Shown: positions 18,747-30,190, counted from the stretch's first letter. The stretch is 64,000 nt of DNA from Alistipes sp. (GCA_017555905.1 JAFZFP010000012.1:29698-93697); one strand, 5' to 3'. Made by a program: numbers and translations. The notes: a model not told the origin generated them from the sequence alone.

Positions 18747-20168
18747 ATGCTTAGTACACATATTTCGCATCAAATTTACGCAAAATTATCGTTCGACGCA
18801 ACTTTTAACCAAAAAAAAATCATAGAAAAGTTGTCGCAGTGGCTTGCCGACCCCGACTATAGACGTATTTTTAAGCTTAATGGATACGCTGGTACGGGCA
18901 AGACAACCATCATCGCAGCCCTTGTGTCAGCCCTTAAAGAGCTGGGCATCAAGACTATACTACTTGCTCCTACGGGCCGTGCTGCCAAGGTCCTCGCCCA
19001 CTACTCCAATAGTGAGGCGCTAACCATCCACAAACGCATCTATCGCGAGCGTACTACGGCCAACTACGAGGCTAAGTTCTCACTCGACTTCAACAAGGAG
19101 CGTGGCGCACTATTCATCGTAGATGAAGCCTCGATGCTCACCACCTCTTCGACCGAGGATAGCACCTTTGGTTCTGGCAACCTTTTAGACGACCTTGTGA
19201 AGTATGTGCATAGTGGCAAGGAGTGTCGCCTGATGCTCGTGGGTGACGATGCGCAGTTACCTCCCGTAGGTGACGACTTTAGCCCCGCCCTCGATCCTGC
19301 CACCCTGCTCCCATACGGTGACGTGGAGTACGCCACGATGGACGAAGTGGTGCGCCAGACCCAGGATTCGGGCATCCTCTTCAACGCCACTATGTTGCGC
19401 TGTATGCTTGAGAATCAGATATATGAGATTCCACGTTTCGACACCTCCTACCCCGACTTTATACGTGTCGAGGGTGGCGAACTAATGGAGCAGTTGCAGG
19501 AGTGCTACGACAGATACGGGCGCGACAACACCATACTTATCACTCGCTCGAACAAGCGCGCCAACCGCTACAACGAGGGTATCCGTCGCTACAACCTCTC
19601 GGCCGAGGAGGAGATAGAGAGTGGCGATATGCTTATGGTCGTGAAGAACAACTACCACTATGCCGAGCGTGACGAACACTCACCGATGTCGTTCGTCGCC
19701 AATGGTGATGTTGTGCGCCTCAAGCGCATACGTCGTTTCGAGGAGTTCTATGGTTTCCGCTTTATCGATGCCGTAGTGGAGTTCCCCGACTATGGCGACT
19801 ACCCTATGAGCGTCAAAGTTATGCTTAACACCCTCAGTTCGGAGTCACCTTCACTAACCCGCGAGGAGAGTCGCAACCTCTTCTATGAGGTGGAGAAGGA
19901 TTATACCGATATCACCTCTAAAATAAAGAGATTCAAGGCCATAAGAGAGAATCCACACTTCAACGCTATGCAGGTAAAGTTCGCCTATGCCGTGACCTGC
20001 CACAAGGCTCAGGGTGGTCAGTGGAAGGCGGTCTTTGTGGACCGTTGCCTCTTTGGCGACGAGACGATGTCGAAGGATATGCTTCGCTGGCTCTACACCG
20101 CCATTACACGTGCCACGGAGCGTGTCTACTTAGTAAATTTCGACGAGCGCTTCTTCGAGGAGTCATAA
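18747..20168 (+). CDS. RecD-like SF1 helicase / AAA ATPase
   Basis: GYAGTGKT, APTGRAA, VDEASM, GD.AQLPPV, YAVTCHKAQG, LYTAITRA. Confidence 0.9.
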   Translation: MLSTHISHQIYAKLSFDATFNQKKIIEKLSQWLADPDYRRIFKLNGYAGTGKTTIIAALVSALKELGIKTILLAPTGRAAKVLAHYSNSEALTIHKRIYRERTTANYEAKFSLDFNKERGALFIVDEASMLTTSSTEDSTFGSGNLLDDLVKYVHSGKECRLMLVGDDAQLPPVGDDFSPALDPATLLPYGDVEYATMDEVVRQTQDSGILFNATMLRCMLENQIYEIPRFDTSYPDFIRVEGGELMEQLQECYDRYGRDNTILITRSNKRANRYNEGIRRYNLSAEEEIESGDMLMVVKNNYHYAERDEHSPMSFVANGDVVRLKRIRRFEEFYGFRFIDAVVEFPDYGDYPMSVKVMLNTLSSESPSLTREESRNLFYEVEKDYTDITSKIKRFKAIRENPHFNAMQVKFAYAVTCHKAQGGQWKAVFVDRCLFGDETMSKDMLRWLYTAITRATERVYLVNFDERFFEES

Positions 20169-20199
20169 TTTCCTTTTTTTGTCCTTTTCGCGCAAAATA

Positions 20200-20231
20200 T
20201 TTGGAGAATGGCCTTATTTTTTATAGATTTG
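20200..20231 (+). promoter_or_regulatory. Primary-sigma promoter
   Basis: TTTG 20200-20203, 20-nt spacer, TAGATTTG 20224-20231. Confidence 0.75.
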
Positions 20232-20275
20232 TAGTGGAGTAATTTCACCTTAAAAAAACCTTTAAATTTACCGAT

Positions 20276-21577
20276 ATGAAAAAGATTCTTTTATCGTTGG
20301 CACTTTGCGCCTTCGTAGCGCCACTCTTTGTTGGTTGCAATAAGGGCCCCGAGGGCAACAACAACACACCAGGTAATGTAGACGACTACAAGACACCTTC
20401 GACACTCACCCCAGGCGAGCATAAGGCAAAACTTGAGGATATCGCCGTCGAGTTCATCGGTTATGTAGATCTCGCTGATTTTGAGGAGATCTTGGATGCT
20501 CTTTACTGCCTCACTGAGTATCTTGAGTATGAGGAAGAGGATTGGTATGGCGATGAATACGCATACAACGAACTCGCTATGGGTATTAAGAACCTCTCAC
20601 CTATTCACTTCCAGCGCTTTGCAACACGCGCATTGGAGGAGGTAATTATCGACATCAACGACCCTGAGTACAACCCATTGGCAGGCTACGTCTACGAATG
20701 GAATGGCGACGAGTGGGAAGAGTCTGAGGGCCAGAGCCATACGATTGTAGTTAAGTGGGATGATGCCGTAGCGACAGCCTCTTGGGGCGAGACCACACGC
20801 CAGGAGTGGACTTTCCGCGAGTTGGAGACAAAGGCTATCGTATATGTTCCTAACAGCCTAACTCTCAACGTTAAGATCGACAACAAAGAGCACCTCAACA
20901 TTGTTGCTAAGCCTAACATCACCGACTCTAAGACCCTTGCTCCATCTGTAGAGGTAAGTCTCAATGGTGGCTATCTCATCTCGGCAAGCGTAAAGGCAGA
21001 CAGCCGCGGTCTTGAGACTCACTCGTTAATCAAGAAGGGCAACAAGACCCTCCTCAACGCAAATACAGTGGTGGCCATCAACGACCTCACCGACGTAGAT
21101 AACTGGCTTAAGACAGAGTACGACGAGTACTGGGATGAGACAGAGACCTATGTTGATGGAGATTATGTTGCAGAGGCTCTTAAGAGTGGTAAGGTACAGA
21201 TCGACATCCTCAACCTCTCTATCGTAGGTGCTGGTGACTTCAAGGATCTATTGACCGACATCGACGAGATTACAGAGGACTTGTACGACGACGAATACGA
21301 TGCAGAGAGATGGAGAAGAAAGATGGAGGATGTTTGCGACCTCGTAAACGAGAAGGTTAAGTTGGTTATCGCCTATAACGACACAGACGAGAAGGTGGCC
21401 GACATCGTTTTGCAGGTGACTCGCGACGACGAGGACGACTACTACGTTGAGCCTATTCTTCTCTTCCCTGATGGTAGCAAGTATGCCTTCGAGAACTACT
21501 TCACCGAGACCGCCTTTGGCGACCTTATCGATGCTATCGAGGAGTTGGCAGATGATTTCGAGGATATGATGGAATAG
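20276..21577 (+). CDS. Acidic hypothetical lipoprotein
   Basis: Lipobox FVG-C; C-terminal P.L.FPDGSKYAF..YF. Confidence 0.8.
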   Translation: MKKILLSLALCAFVAPLFVGCNKGPEGNNNTPGNVDDYKTPSTLTPGEHKAKLEDIAVEFIGYVDLADFEEILDALYCLTEYLEYEEEDWYGDEYAYNELAMGIKNLSPIHFQRFATRALEEVIIDINDPEYNPLAGYVYEWNGDEWEESEGQSHTIVVKWDDAVATASWGETTRQEWTFRELETKAIVYVPNSLTLNVKIDNKEHLNIVAKPNITDSKTLAPSVEVSLNGGYLISASVKADSRGLETHSLIKKGNKTLLNANTVVAINDLTDVDNWLKTEYDEYWDETETYVDGDYVAEALKSGKVQIDILNLSIVGAGDFKDLLTDIDEITEDLYDDEYDAERWRRKMEDVCDLVNEKVKLVIAYNDTDEKVADIVLQVTRDDEDDYYVEPILLFPDGSKYAFENYFTETAFGDLIDAIEELADDFEDMME

Positions 21578-21614
21578 ATCTAAGCTAATATTAATCATAG
21601 CATAACTACCTAAT

Positions 21615-21651
21615 GATGAGGCTGTCTATCAACTCTTTAGACAGCCTCATC
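21615..21651 (+). terminator. Terminator-like hairpin
   Basis: Perfect 14-bp stem gatgaggctgtcta/tagacagcctcatc after the lipoprotein stop. Confidence 0.7.
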
Positions 21652-21675
21652 GTTATAATAACCACCCTCCCTACG

Positions 21676-23706
21676 ATGACGTTTCGACACACCACAACCC
21701 TACTTCTACTTTGGATTCTGCCACTGGGCCTCTATGCCCAGCAGGACTCCGTGGAGAGACACTACAAGGTCGAAGATGTCGTCGTGTCGGCACACCAGAA
21801 GGCAATATCGACACCCGACCAGACGGGCAACATATCGATAAGTATTGATGCCCTAAAGAGTCTGCCCCACTTCGCAGGAGCTGTGGACATCGTAAGACTT
21901 CTGCAATATACCCCTGGTGTGGCGGCTACGCCCGAGGGAAATACCGCCCTCTATGTTCGTGGTGGCGACACGGGTCAAAGTCGCCTCTACGTGAATGGTG
22001 CGCCACTCTTTGCCCCATCTCATCTGCTTGGATTCTTCTCGGTACTCAACTCGGCACACCTGAGCGGTTTGACACTCTACAAGTCGGGAATCCCCGCTAT
22101 GTATGGCTCGGCAACATCATCCATAACCGACATACGCACACATAGTTACGTCCCCAAGAGGTTCTCAATAGAGGGCAACATCGGACTTATCGAGTCGGAC
22201 CTCGCCATACAGATACCTACCAGCGAGCGCTTCGCCCTATTCCTCTCGGCTCGTCACTCCTACCTTGCCGTGCTTTCTAAGATTCTAAACATGGACAAGG
22301 CAACACTGAAGTACGAATTCGGGGACTATGGCGTAGGTATGGTGGGTGACCTTGGGCGCGCAGGTAGGCTTGTCGTAAACACCCACTTCAATAACGACGC
22401 TCTTAGGGCCAATGTGAACACCTACAACAGCAATGGCAATCTAAAGTGGTGGAACGCTCTCGGCACCATAGCCCTTGAGAGCGAGATAGGAGAGCGTGTG
22501 GCACTAAAGAATATGGTCCACTCATCGCTCTACACCAACCGCCTCGGCATTGATATCACCAACCAACACTTCGACGTAACGGCAGGAGTAGAGGCCTACG
22601 GAGCGACCTCGATGGCAACTCTCGACCTCAATACAGTAGATTTATCTACGGGACTAAGTTACGAGTATCGTAGGGTAAGACCACAAAATATCGTAGGCCC
22701 GACAACTATCGACAGCCTAAACGCCCTCGAACGCACCTCCGAAGGAGCCCTCTTCGCTGAGGCCAAGTGGGAGGTTAATCCCCATCTTATCATCGACGGA
22801 GGAGTACGCCTAAGCCTATTTGCTAACGACAGGATGTGGTGCTACGCCGAGCCACGACTAATGGTCTCAGTACCAATAAGTTCGAGACTACGCTTTTGGG
22901 CGAGTTACAACCAGTTGGTGCAGTACCTACACCTTGTGCCTCAGTCGAATATGTCCTTCGCCACCGACTTCTACATAAGCAGTAGCGAGGCTACCCCACC
23001 CCAACTTTCGCACAACCTATCGCTCGGCTACAACCAATCAGCCTTAGACGAGCGTCTGAACTGGACCGTAGAACTCTACTACCGCCAACTGCAAAACGTC
23101 ATCGAGTACGACTCACAAATATTAGAGGTACTCTCTGGCGATGCCGACCATCACACACTCCTCTATACGGGCAAGGGTGAGTCGTATGGTGCGGAGTTCA
23201 GCCTAAACTACTCGGATAGTCGCTTCGACCTACAACTCAACTACACCCTCTCGAAATCTGTACGCCAGTTCGACCAGATAAACCACGGCAGACCCTTCTA
23301 CGCCAACTCCGACCGCAGACACAACCTCTCGCTCCTTGGCGTATGGAAGCCCTCGCCACGCTGGACACTCTCGGCAACATTCATCTACGCCACGGGTGCG
23401 CCATACACCGCAACCGAGGCTATATATATCGGAGCCAACGTACTTATGCCACAGTATGGAGCATATAATGGCGACAGACTCCCCGACCTACACCACCTCG
23501 ACCTCTCGGCAACCTTCTGGTTTAAGAGTAAGCGTCTGGAGGATAGCGGAATAAACATCTCTGTCTATAACGTCTATGCACGTAAAAACCCCATTATGCT
23601 CTCGTGGGATGTATATGCCGACAGCCAAGGCGACATCCACATCGAAGAGAAATACCACACTATCTACACCATAATACCATCAATTAGTTGGACCTTTAAA
23701 TTTTAG
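21676..23706 (+). CDS. TonB-dependent receptor (start placed at MTFRH)
   Basis: VVVSA TonB-box-like motif, plug motifs PGV/YVRGG/HLLGFFS, EPR, DRRH, YNVY, C-terminal F. Confidence 0.88.
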   Translation: MTFRHTTTLLLLWILPLGLYAQQDSVERHYKVEDVVVSAHQKAISTPDQTGNISISIDALKSLPHFAGAVDIVRLLQYTPGVAATPEGNTALYVRGGDTGQSRLYVNGAPLFAPSHLLGFFSVLNSAHLSGLTLYKSGIPAMYGSATSSITDIRTHSYVPKRFSIEGNIGLIESDLAIQIPTSERFALFLSARHSYLAVLSKILNMDKATLKYEFGDYGVGMVGDLGRAGRLVVNTHFNNDALRANVNTYNSNGNLKWWNALGTIALESEIGERVALKNMVHSSLYTNRLGIDITNQHFDVTAGVEAYGATSMATLDLNTVDLSTGLSYEYRRVRPQNIVGPTTIDSLNALERTSEGALFAEAKWEVNPHLIIDGGVRLSLFANDRMWCYAEPRLMVSVPISSRLRFWASYNQLVQYLHLVPQSNMSFATDFYISSSEATPPQLSHNLSLGYNQSALDERLNWTVELYYRQLQNVIEYDSQILEVLSGDADHHTLLYTGKGESYGAEFSLNYSDSRFDLQLNYTLSKSVRQFDQINHGRPFYANSDRRHNLSLLGVWKPSPRWTLSATFIYATGAPYTATEAIYIGANVLMPQYGAYNGDRLPDLHHLDLSATFWFKSKRLEDSGINISVYNVYARKNPIMLSWDVYADSQGDIHIEEKYHTIYTIIPSISWTFKF

Positions 23707-23711
23707 CCACG

Positions 23712-24542
23712 ATGAAACGACTCCTTGCCATATTTATCGCCATTATGCTATGTGGTTGTATGGATGAGCCCTCGGAGGTGATGCCTTTCGAGCAACGTCT
23801 CGTCGTCGAGGGTCGCATCGAGCAGGGTCGTGGCGCTGTGGTTATGCTCTCGGTGAATAGCCCCTACGGAGGTAGTTACGACAGCGAGACCCTCAAGGAT
23901 ATGGTCGTGTGCTGGGGCAAGGTCACTATCTTTTGCGAGGGTGACAGCGAGGTGCTGACGGGCCGTATGCAGGAGGACTACCCCACACAATTCATCTATA
24001 CCGGAACAGAGATTATAGGCGAGGTGGGCAAGAGTTATAGGCTCGAAGTCGAGTACAGCGACCAACTATGGAGTGCCACAACGACCATCCCCCCACAGGC
24101 GGAACTAAGCGATATCCACATAGAACCTATCGACAAGGATAGATACACCATAACGGCCACACTACCAGAGGGTAGCAATGCCTATAGCATCGACTGCTCG
24201 CTGGATGGCAAAGCATATTATGCACCCACCGTCTTTGGTACGCACGAGGCCACGGGCACCCCACAACGTATAACCATAAACCGCCCCTTGGACGACCTAC
24301 TACGTACGGGTTACTCCACCTATTTCGCCCCTGGGGACAGGGTATGCCTACGTCTAAACACCCTCACCGACTTCGCCTTCGACTACTGGCAGAAGTGGGA
24401 GAACAACCTCATAAACTGCATAAACCCCGTATTCCCTGCCACGTCGAACCCACCAACCAACATCTCCAACAACGGCATCGGCATCTGGGCTGGCTACGGA
24501 ACCTCATACTACGACTTAGGCACTATCGAGGAGCATCTATGA
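23712..24542 (+). CDS. DUF4249-like lipoprotein
   Basis: Lipobox LCG-C, LVVEG.I, Y.LEV, P.NISN.GIG.W; directly follows the TBDR. Confidence 0.8.
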   Translation: MKRLLAIFIAIMLCGCMDEPSEVMPFEQRLVVEGRIEQGRGAVVMLSVNSPYGGSYDSETLKDMVVCWGKVTIFCEGDSEVLTGRMQEDYPTQFIYTGTEIIGEVGKSYRLEVEYSDQLWSATTTIPPQAELSDIHIEPIDKDRYTITATLPEGSNAYSIDCSLDGKAYYAPTVFGTHEATGTPQRITINRPLDDLLRTGYSTYFAPGDRVCLRLNTLTDFAFDYWQKWENNLINCINPVFPATSNPPTNISNNGIGIWAGYGTSYYDLGTIEEHL

Positions 24543-24649
24543 CCCTCTAACTAACTTATTACTAAGTTAGCATCCCTGAGATTTTGTTTTTTGAATTGCA
24601 TTTCGTACCTTTGTTGGGTTATATTCTTAGCAAATAAACAACACTCGCT

Positions 24650-27349
24650 ATGTGTGCTAAAAAGAGAGAGAACGCAACAGAGACCACCGAGAAGGTCAAG
24701 GAAAAGAAGTATGTCGAGACCCCACTGATGAAGCAATATTATCAGATTAAGGCGGTGCATCCCGACGCCATCCTACTATTCCGCGTAGGCGACTTCTACG
24801 AGACCTTTGGCGAAGATGCTATCAAGGCAAGTGGCATCCTCGGCATCACCCTCACACGACGTGCCAATGGTGCAGCATCGTATGTAGAGTTAGCCGGATT
24901 CCCCTACCACGCTTTAGATACCTATATGCCTAAGTTGGTGCGTGCTGGAGAGCGTGTGGCCATCTGCGAGCAACTCGAAGACCCTAAGTTAGTTAAGGGC
25001 TTGGTTAAGCGTGGCGTAGTGGAGATGGTGACCCCAGGAATTGTGATGGGCGAAAACCTCGTGGCAGGTAAGGAGAACACCTTCTTAGCCTCGGTGTATT
25101 TCGGCAAGACAACTACGGGCGTGGCCTTCCTCGACCTCTCGACAGGAGAGTTCTACGTTGCCGAGGGCGACAACATATACATCGACAAACTCATCTCTAA
25201 CCTCCAGCCCAAGGAGATACTCTTCCAGCGTGGCTACGAGGAGAAGTTCAACGAGACCTTCGGCTCAAAACACTACACCTACCGCCTCGACGAGTGGGTA
25301 TTCTCCTACAGCGTAAACTGCGACAAACTATGCTCACAACTCGGTGTACCCTCGCTCAAGGGCTTCGGCATCGAGGGTATGACAGCAGGTATCTCTGCCG
25401 CAGGCTCCATACTCTACTACCTGGAGTTCACCGAGCATAAGCAGACAGCACACATATCATCCATACAGCGCATCGACCGCAACGACTCGGTATGGATCGA
25501 CCGCTTCACAATACGCAACCTCGAACTATTCTCTTCGAATAGTCAGACCTCGAAATATTGCTTTACCTCCTCCATAGATCGCACCCTGACGGCGATGGGA
25601 GGCCGACAACTTAAGCGCTGGGTGGCGATGCCACTAATGGATATCGAGAAGATACGTATGCGCCAAGAGGTTGTCGAGAAGTTCGTCTCGGACATCGACT
25701 TTGCTGAGGCTATGCGCGAGCAGATAGCCCTCGTGGGAGACCTTGAGCGTATCGCCTCACGCATCGCTACAGAGCGTGTCACACCGCGCGAACTTGTACA
25801 ACTCAAGCACTCGCTCTCGGCAATAGAGATTATCGCAGCTCTGATGAACTCCACTGATGACGAGGCCCTACACCGCATAGCCGCAACCATAGACCCCTTG
25901 GAGAGCGTACGCCAACGCCTCCAGCAGGAGATATATCCCGACCCAGAGACCAACCAGATACAGAAGGGTGGCATCATCGCTTCGGGAGTATCGGCCGAAC
26001 TCGACGACCTACGTCGCATATCGTTACACGGCAAGGAGTACCTCGCAGCACTGCAACAGCGAGAGAGTGAGGCTACGGGAATCCCTTCGCTCAAGGTGGC
26101 CTACAACAACGTCTTTGGCTACTATATCGAGGTGCGCAACACCCACAAGGATAAGGTGCCTGAGAGTTGGATTCGTAAGCAGACCCTCACAGGAGCAGAG
26201 CGATACATAACTCAGGAACTCAAGGAGTACGAGCAGAAGATTATGGGTGCCGAGGAGCGCATCCTCCAAATCGAGGCACAGATATATGCCGAAATCGTAG
26301 CCTTCGTAGCACAGCACCTCAGCGCCCTTCAGCGCAATGCACGTGTGATATCGCGTGTGGACTGCTTACAGTCGTTTGCCAAGATAGCCAAGGAGCGCAA
26401 GTATGTGCGCCCCACAGTGGATGACTCATCGGTAATCGACATCAAGGAGGGTCGTCACCCAGTCATCGAGACCCTTATGCCTATCGGCCAGGAGTATATC
26501 CCCAACGATGTATTGCTTGACCAAGAGAATCAGCAGATTATAATCATCACAGGTCCTAATATGTCGGGTAAGTCGGCCCTATTGCGACAGACCGCCCTCA
26601 TAGTGCTTATGGCACAGATGGGCTCGTTCGTACCAGCCAAGTCGGCACATATAGGCATTGTGGATAAGATATTTACACGTGTAGGAGCCTCGGATAACCT
26701 ATCGGAGGGTGAATCTACCTTTATGGTAGAGATGCTCGAATCGGCAAGCATCCTCAACAACATATCGGACCGTAGCCTTGTGTTGCTCGACGAGATTGGC
26801 CGTGGCACAAGCACCTACGACGGCATATCTATTGCGTGGGCTATGGTGGAGTATCTGCACAACAACGCGCAGGGCTCGGCAAAGACTCTCTTTGCGACCC
26901 ACTACCACGAACTCAACGAGTTGGAGAATATGTTGCCACGAGTGAAGAACTACCACGTCACGGTCAAGGAGGTGGACAAGACCATCGTCTTCTTGCGCAA
27001 GTTGGTACGTGGTGGCACGGAACACTCCTTCGGTATCCACGTGGCCCGTATGTCGGGTATGCCACGCTCGGTGGTAAGCCGTGCCGAAGCCATCCTCTCA
27101 AACCTTGAGAAGGTATATGGTTCGGGCGAGATAGTCCCCTCGGGAGCTATCAAGCAACGTGGCAAGAAGAGACCTATCAGCGAGGTAGCAACAGAGACCA
27201 AGGACAACATCCAGTTGTCGATGTTCCAACTCGATGACCCCGTACTTGTTGCCATACGCGACCAGATTAAGGGCCTAGACATCAACTCATTGACTCCGCT
27301 TGAGGCACTCAACAAACTCAACGAAATAAAGCGCATAACAGGCTTATAG
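24650..27349 (+). CDS. mutS: DNA mismatch repair protein MutS
   Basis: TPLMKQY, FRVGDFYE, GRHPV, GPNMSGKS, DEIGRGT, ATHYHEL; TACCTTTG promoter upstream. Confidence 0.98.
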   Translation: MCAKKRENATETTEKVKEKKYVETPLMKQYYQIKAVHPDAILLFRVGDFYETFGEDAIKASGILGITLTRRANGAASYVELAGFPYHALDTYMPKLVRAGERVAICEQLEDPKLVKGLVKRGVVEMVTPGIVMGENLVAGKENTFLASVYFGKTTTGVAFLDLSTGEFYVAEGDNIYIDKLISNLQPKEILFQRGYEEKFNETFGSKHYTYRLDEWVFSYSVNCDKLCSQLGVPSLKGFGIEGMTAGISAAGSILYYLEFTEHKQTAHISSIQRIDRNDSVWIDRFTIRNLELFSSNSQTSKYCFTSSIDRTLTAMGGRQLKRWVAMPLMDIEKIRMRQEVVEKFVSDIDFAEAMREQIALVGDLERIASRIATERVTPRELVQLKHSLSAIEIIAALMNSTDDEALHRIAATIDPLESVRQRLQQEIYPDPETNQIQKGGIIASGVSAELDDLRRISLHGKEYLAALQQRESEATGIPSLKVAYNNVFGYYIEVRNTHKDKVPESWIRKQTLTGAERYITQELKEYEQKIMGAEERILQIEAQIYAEIVAFVAQHLSALQRNARVISRVDCLQSFAKIAKERKYVRPTVDDSSVIDIKEGRHPVIETLMPIGQEYIPNDVLLDQENQQIIIITGPNMSGKSALLRQTALIVLMAQMGSFVPAKSAHIGIVDKIFTRVGASDNLSEGESTFMVEMLESASILNNISDRSLVLLDEIGRGTSTYDGISIAWAMVEYLHNNAQGSAKTLFATHYHELNELENMLPRVKNYHVTVKEVDKTIVFLRKLVRGGTEHSFGIHVARMSGMPRSVVSRAEAILSNLEKVYGSGEIVPSGAIKQRGKKRPISEVATETKDNIQLSMFQLDDPVLVAIRDQIKGLDINSLTPLEALNKLNEIKRITGL

Positions 27350-27350
27350 T

Positions 27351-28040
27351 ATGACTACTCAGGAACAATACATAGAGCGCCTCCGAGAACTTGTAGAGGC
27401 TAAATTCGGTCGCACAATCGCCACAATGGAGGATTGCGAAGAACTAAGTGTCACAGTAGGTGAGGTCACAAACATACGCCTCGACTCACGTGCCTTTATG
27501 CCACTTTTTTGCGACAGAGCATCGCAGACAGCACCACGCCCCGTAGCCCTCTCTGCCCTCACACGCTACCTCGGCTACAGCAGTTGGGGCGACTTCTGTA
27601 CCACCTCATCACTACACCCCGCCAAGGATAAGGATGCTATCATCATACCACGTCGCTGGGGTGTAATTATACTCACCGCAGGAGCGATCCTCGTGGTTAT
27701 CACCACCATCCTTATACTCCTATTGGGAGGCAAACGCGACAGGACAGATGCCCGCTTCGAGCCTCTGGCCGACAGCATACAGCAGGTGTGGGAGGCACGC
27801 ACCATTGAGGAGTGTAACGCCATCCGCAGTGGCTACGGCACCGAGGAGTATCGTCAGAGCATCGACGACTTCATAATCACTTATCAGCAGACCATTAACT
27901 CAGAGATAGCCAACGACTTACGCAGAGTGAGCAATGAGCAGGCCATCGTAGCAACAGAGGCTCGCATAATGGCACAACGCGACACCATAGCCCTACGTTG
28001 CAAGGCTATGTGCGAAGCGTTATATAAAGAGTTGGAATAG
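27351..28040 (+). CDS. Single-pass membrane protein with N-terminal HTH-like domain
   Basis: P...L..L..YLGY.SW..F motif, then a hydrophobic helix and a helical C-terminal region. Confidence 0.6.
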   Translation: MTTQEQYIERLRELVEAKFGRTIATMEDCEELSVTVGEVTNIRLDSRAFMPLFCDRASQTAPRPVALSALTRYLGYSSWGDFCTTSSLHPAKDKDAIIIPRRWGVIILTAGAILVVITTILILLLGGKRDRTDARFEPLADSIQQVWEARTIEECNAIRSGYGTEEYRQSIDDFIITYQQTINSEIANDLRRVSNEQAIVATEARIMAQRDTIALRCKAMCEALYKELE

Positions 28041-28054
28041 AGAGCCTCGCTAAA

Positions 28055-28537
28055 TTAGGCTCTATCGTAGGTCAAGAAGGCGAAGGGGTACTCAAACTCC
28101 TCGCCGCGCTCATGGCGCACCTCATCGACCAAACGCCACTGGCTCATATCAATCTCAGGAAACGATGTATCTCCCTCATAATCACGCTCTACACGTGTAA
28201 TATATAGTCTATCAGCGACACTGAGCGCCTCCTTATATATCTGCGCTCCACCGATGATAAAGATCTCCTCATCACCCTCAGCCATTCCTACGGCCTCCTC
28301 CAATGAGTGGGCCAAGAGTGCGCCCTCGTACTCCCTCTCGCTACGCGAAATAACGATATTTGTGCGCTTAGGCAGAGGTTTGCATCCCAACGACTCAAAG
28401 GTCTTGCGACCCATAATCACGGCGTGACCCGAGGTGGTGGTGCGGAAGAAACGCATATCCTCCTTAATGTGCCACAAGAGGGCATTCTTATCTCCAATAG
28501 TGCCGTTCTGGGCTATTGCTACAATTATACTTAGCAT
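28055..28537 (-). CDS. folA: Dihydrofolate reductase
   Basis: IVA...G.IG, MGRKTFES, PLP.R.N, IIGGAQIY, GDT.FP. Confidence 0.96.
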   Translation of the reverse strand: MLSIIVAIAQNGTIGDKNALLWHIKEDMRFFRTTTSGHAVIMGRKTFESLGCKPLPKRTNIVISRSEREYEGALLAHSLEEAVGMAEGDEEIFIIGGAQIYKEALSVADRLYITRVERDYEGDTSFPEIDMSQWRLVDEVRHERGEEFEYPFAFLTYDRA

Positions 28538-28554
28538 AGGTAAATCGCTTTAAG

Positions 28555-29448
28555 TTAGAATGATAGTGGTGCTTTGATAGCAGGGTGTGGATCATAACCC
28601 TCAAGGGTAAAGTCCTCGTAGGTGTAGTCGAAAATCGACTTAACCTCGGGGTTAAGGCGCATCGTTGGGAGTTTACGTGGCTCTCGGCTCAACTGCTCCT
28701 TGGCCTGCTCCTCGTGGTTGAGGTAGAGGTGTGCATCGCCCAACGTATGGATAAACTCGCCTGGCTCAAGACCACACTCCTTGGCAATCATCATCGTAAG
28801 CAGGGCATACGACGCAATGTTGAATGGCACACCAAGGAAGGTGTCACCACTGCGCTGATAGAGCTGGCACGAGAGACGACCCTCGGCAACATAGAACTGA
28901 AACATAGTGTGGCAAGGGGGCAGAGCCATACTCTCGACATCGGCAACATTCCACGCAGAAACGATGATGCGACGAGAGTTAGGATTATGCTTAATTGTGT
29001 CGATAGCACGCTTAATCTGGTCGATAGCCTCGCCATTCTGCTGAGGCCAACTGCGCCACTGATAGCCATATACGTTGTTCAAGTCGCCAAAGCGGTAGCC
29101 CTCGATAGGTGACTCAACACCCGCAGCCGCGAGGAAGGTCTCCTGATCTACAGGCAAGACTCCGTGCTTGACACAAAGTTCGTTATAGTAGCGATATGCA
29201 TCGGCATCCCATATATGTACACCATTGTCTACCAAGTACTTGATATTGGTATCACCACGCAAAAACCATAACAACTCATAGATGATACCCTTGAGGAAGA
29301 GTTTCTTGGTCGTAACCAACGGAAAGCCCTCACTGAGGTCGAAACGCATCTGGTAACCAAAGATTCCCTTGGTACCTGTTCCCGTTCTGTCGCCACGAAC
29401 AACGCCCTCGCGACAGATAGTATCTAAGAGTTTAAGATATTGTTTCAT
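28555..29448 (-). CDS. thyA: Thymidylate synthase
   Basis: DRTGTGT, ELLWFL.G, MALPPCH, QRSGD, PFNIASY, DAHLY. Confidence 0.97.
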   Translation of the reverse strand: MKQYLKLLDTICREGVVRGDRTGTGTKGIFGYQMRFDLSEGFPLVTTKKLFLKGIIYELLWFLRGDTNIKYLVDNGVHIWDADAYRYYNELCVKHGVLPVDQETFLAAAGVESPIEGYRFGDLNNVYGYQWRSWPQQNGEAIDQIKRAIDTIKHNPNSRRIIVSAWNVADVESMALPPCHTMFQFYVAEGRLSCQLYQRSGDTFLGVPFNIASYALLTMMIAKECGLEPGEFIHTLGDAHLYLNHEEQAKEQLSREPRKLPTMRLNPEVKSIFDYTYEDFTLEGYDPHPAIKAPLSF

Positions 29449-30187
29449 CTATAGTAAAAGTTTTGATTTCCAACCTGTTATCTTCGTCCAAAGCGATGTA
29501 GTGCGCCACATCTCGCGACCAATCGCTCATAAACAACACATCGACATCGCTACTATGGCGATGGGCATAGTGCATATGTCCGAAGAGGTACGCAACGACA
29601 TCCTCATTGTGGCTATGATGCTCACGCGCATAGTCGATTAAGTAACCGAGACGCTCCTCTGACATATCCTCCGCAGCGTGCGACTTACGCGACTTGCCAC
29701 TCCACCACTTGCCAAACTTAAGGGCTAAATCGGGATGAACAAGCCAACTGAAGAGCCATCGTGCCACACCCGAACGGAAGATGGCGTTCATCAACTTGAG
29801 CATTACGTCGCCCTGAACATTCATATTGTCGCCGTGGGCGAGGTGTAGTTTCACCCCTTGCAGGGTCTCAACACGCGGACTCTTAACCACCTCTACGCCA
29901 CACTCCTCGGTGAGGTAGTCGTAGCACCACATATCGTGATTACCCGTAAAGAATACCACACGCACACCCCTATCCGTCAATTCGGCAAGGCGAGCAAGAA
30001 TTCTCACAAAGCCCTTAGGCACAACCCTCTGGTACTCGAACCAGAAGTCGAAGATGTCACCCAAGAGGTAGAGCGCTGTGGCATCCTTGGCCACCATATC
30101 CAACCAACGACCAAAGGCGCGCTCCGTACGTCGTGCCTGGCGAGCATCTCCTGCTCCGAGATGTATGTCTGAAACGAAGTAAATCAT
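29432..30187 (-). CDS. lpxH: UDP-2,3-diacylglucosamine diphosphatase
   Basis: [26 protein letters not shown]. Confidence 0.88.
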   Translation of the reverse strand: MIYFVSDIHLGAGDARQARRTERAFGRWLDMVAKDATALYLLGDIFDFWFEYQRVVPKGFVRILARLAELTDRGVRVVFFTGNHDMWCYDYLTEECGVEVVKSPRVETLQGVKLHLAHGDNMNVQGDVMLKLMNAIFRSGVARWLFSWLVHPDLALKFGKWWSGKSRKSHAAEDMSEERLGYLIDYAREHHSHNEDVVAYLFGHMHYAHRHSSDVDVLFMSDWSRDVAHYIALDEDNRLEIKTFTIDETIS

Positions 30188-30190
30188 CGC

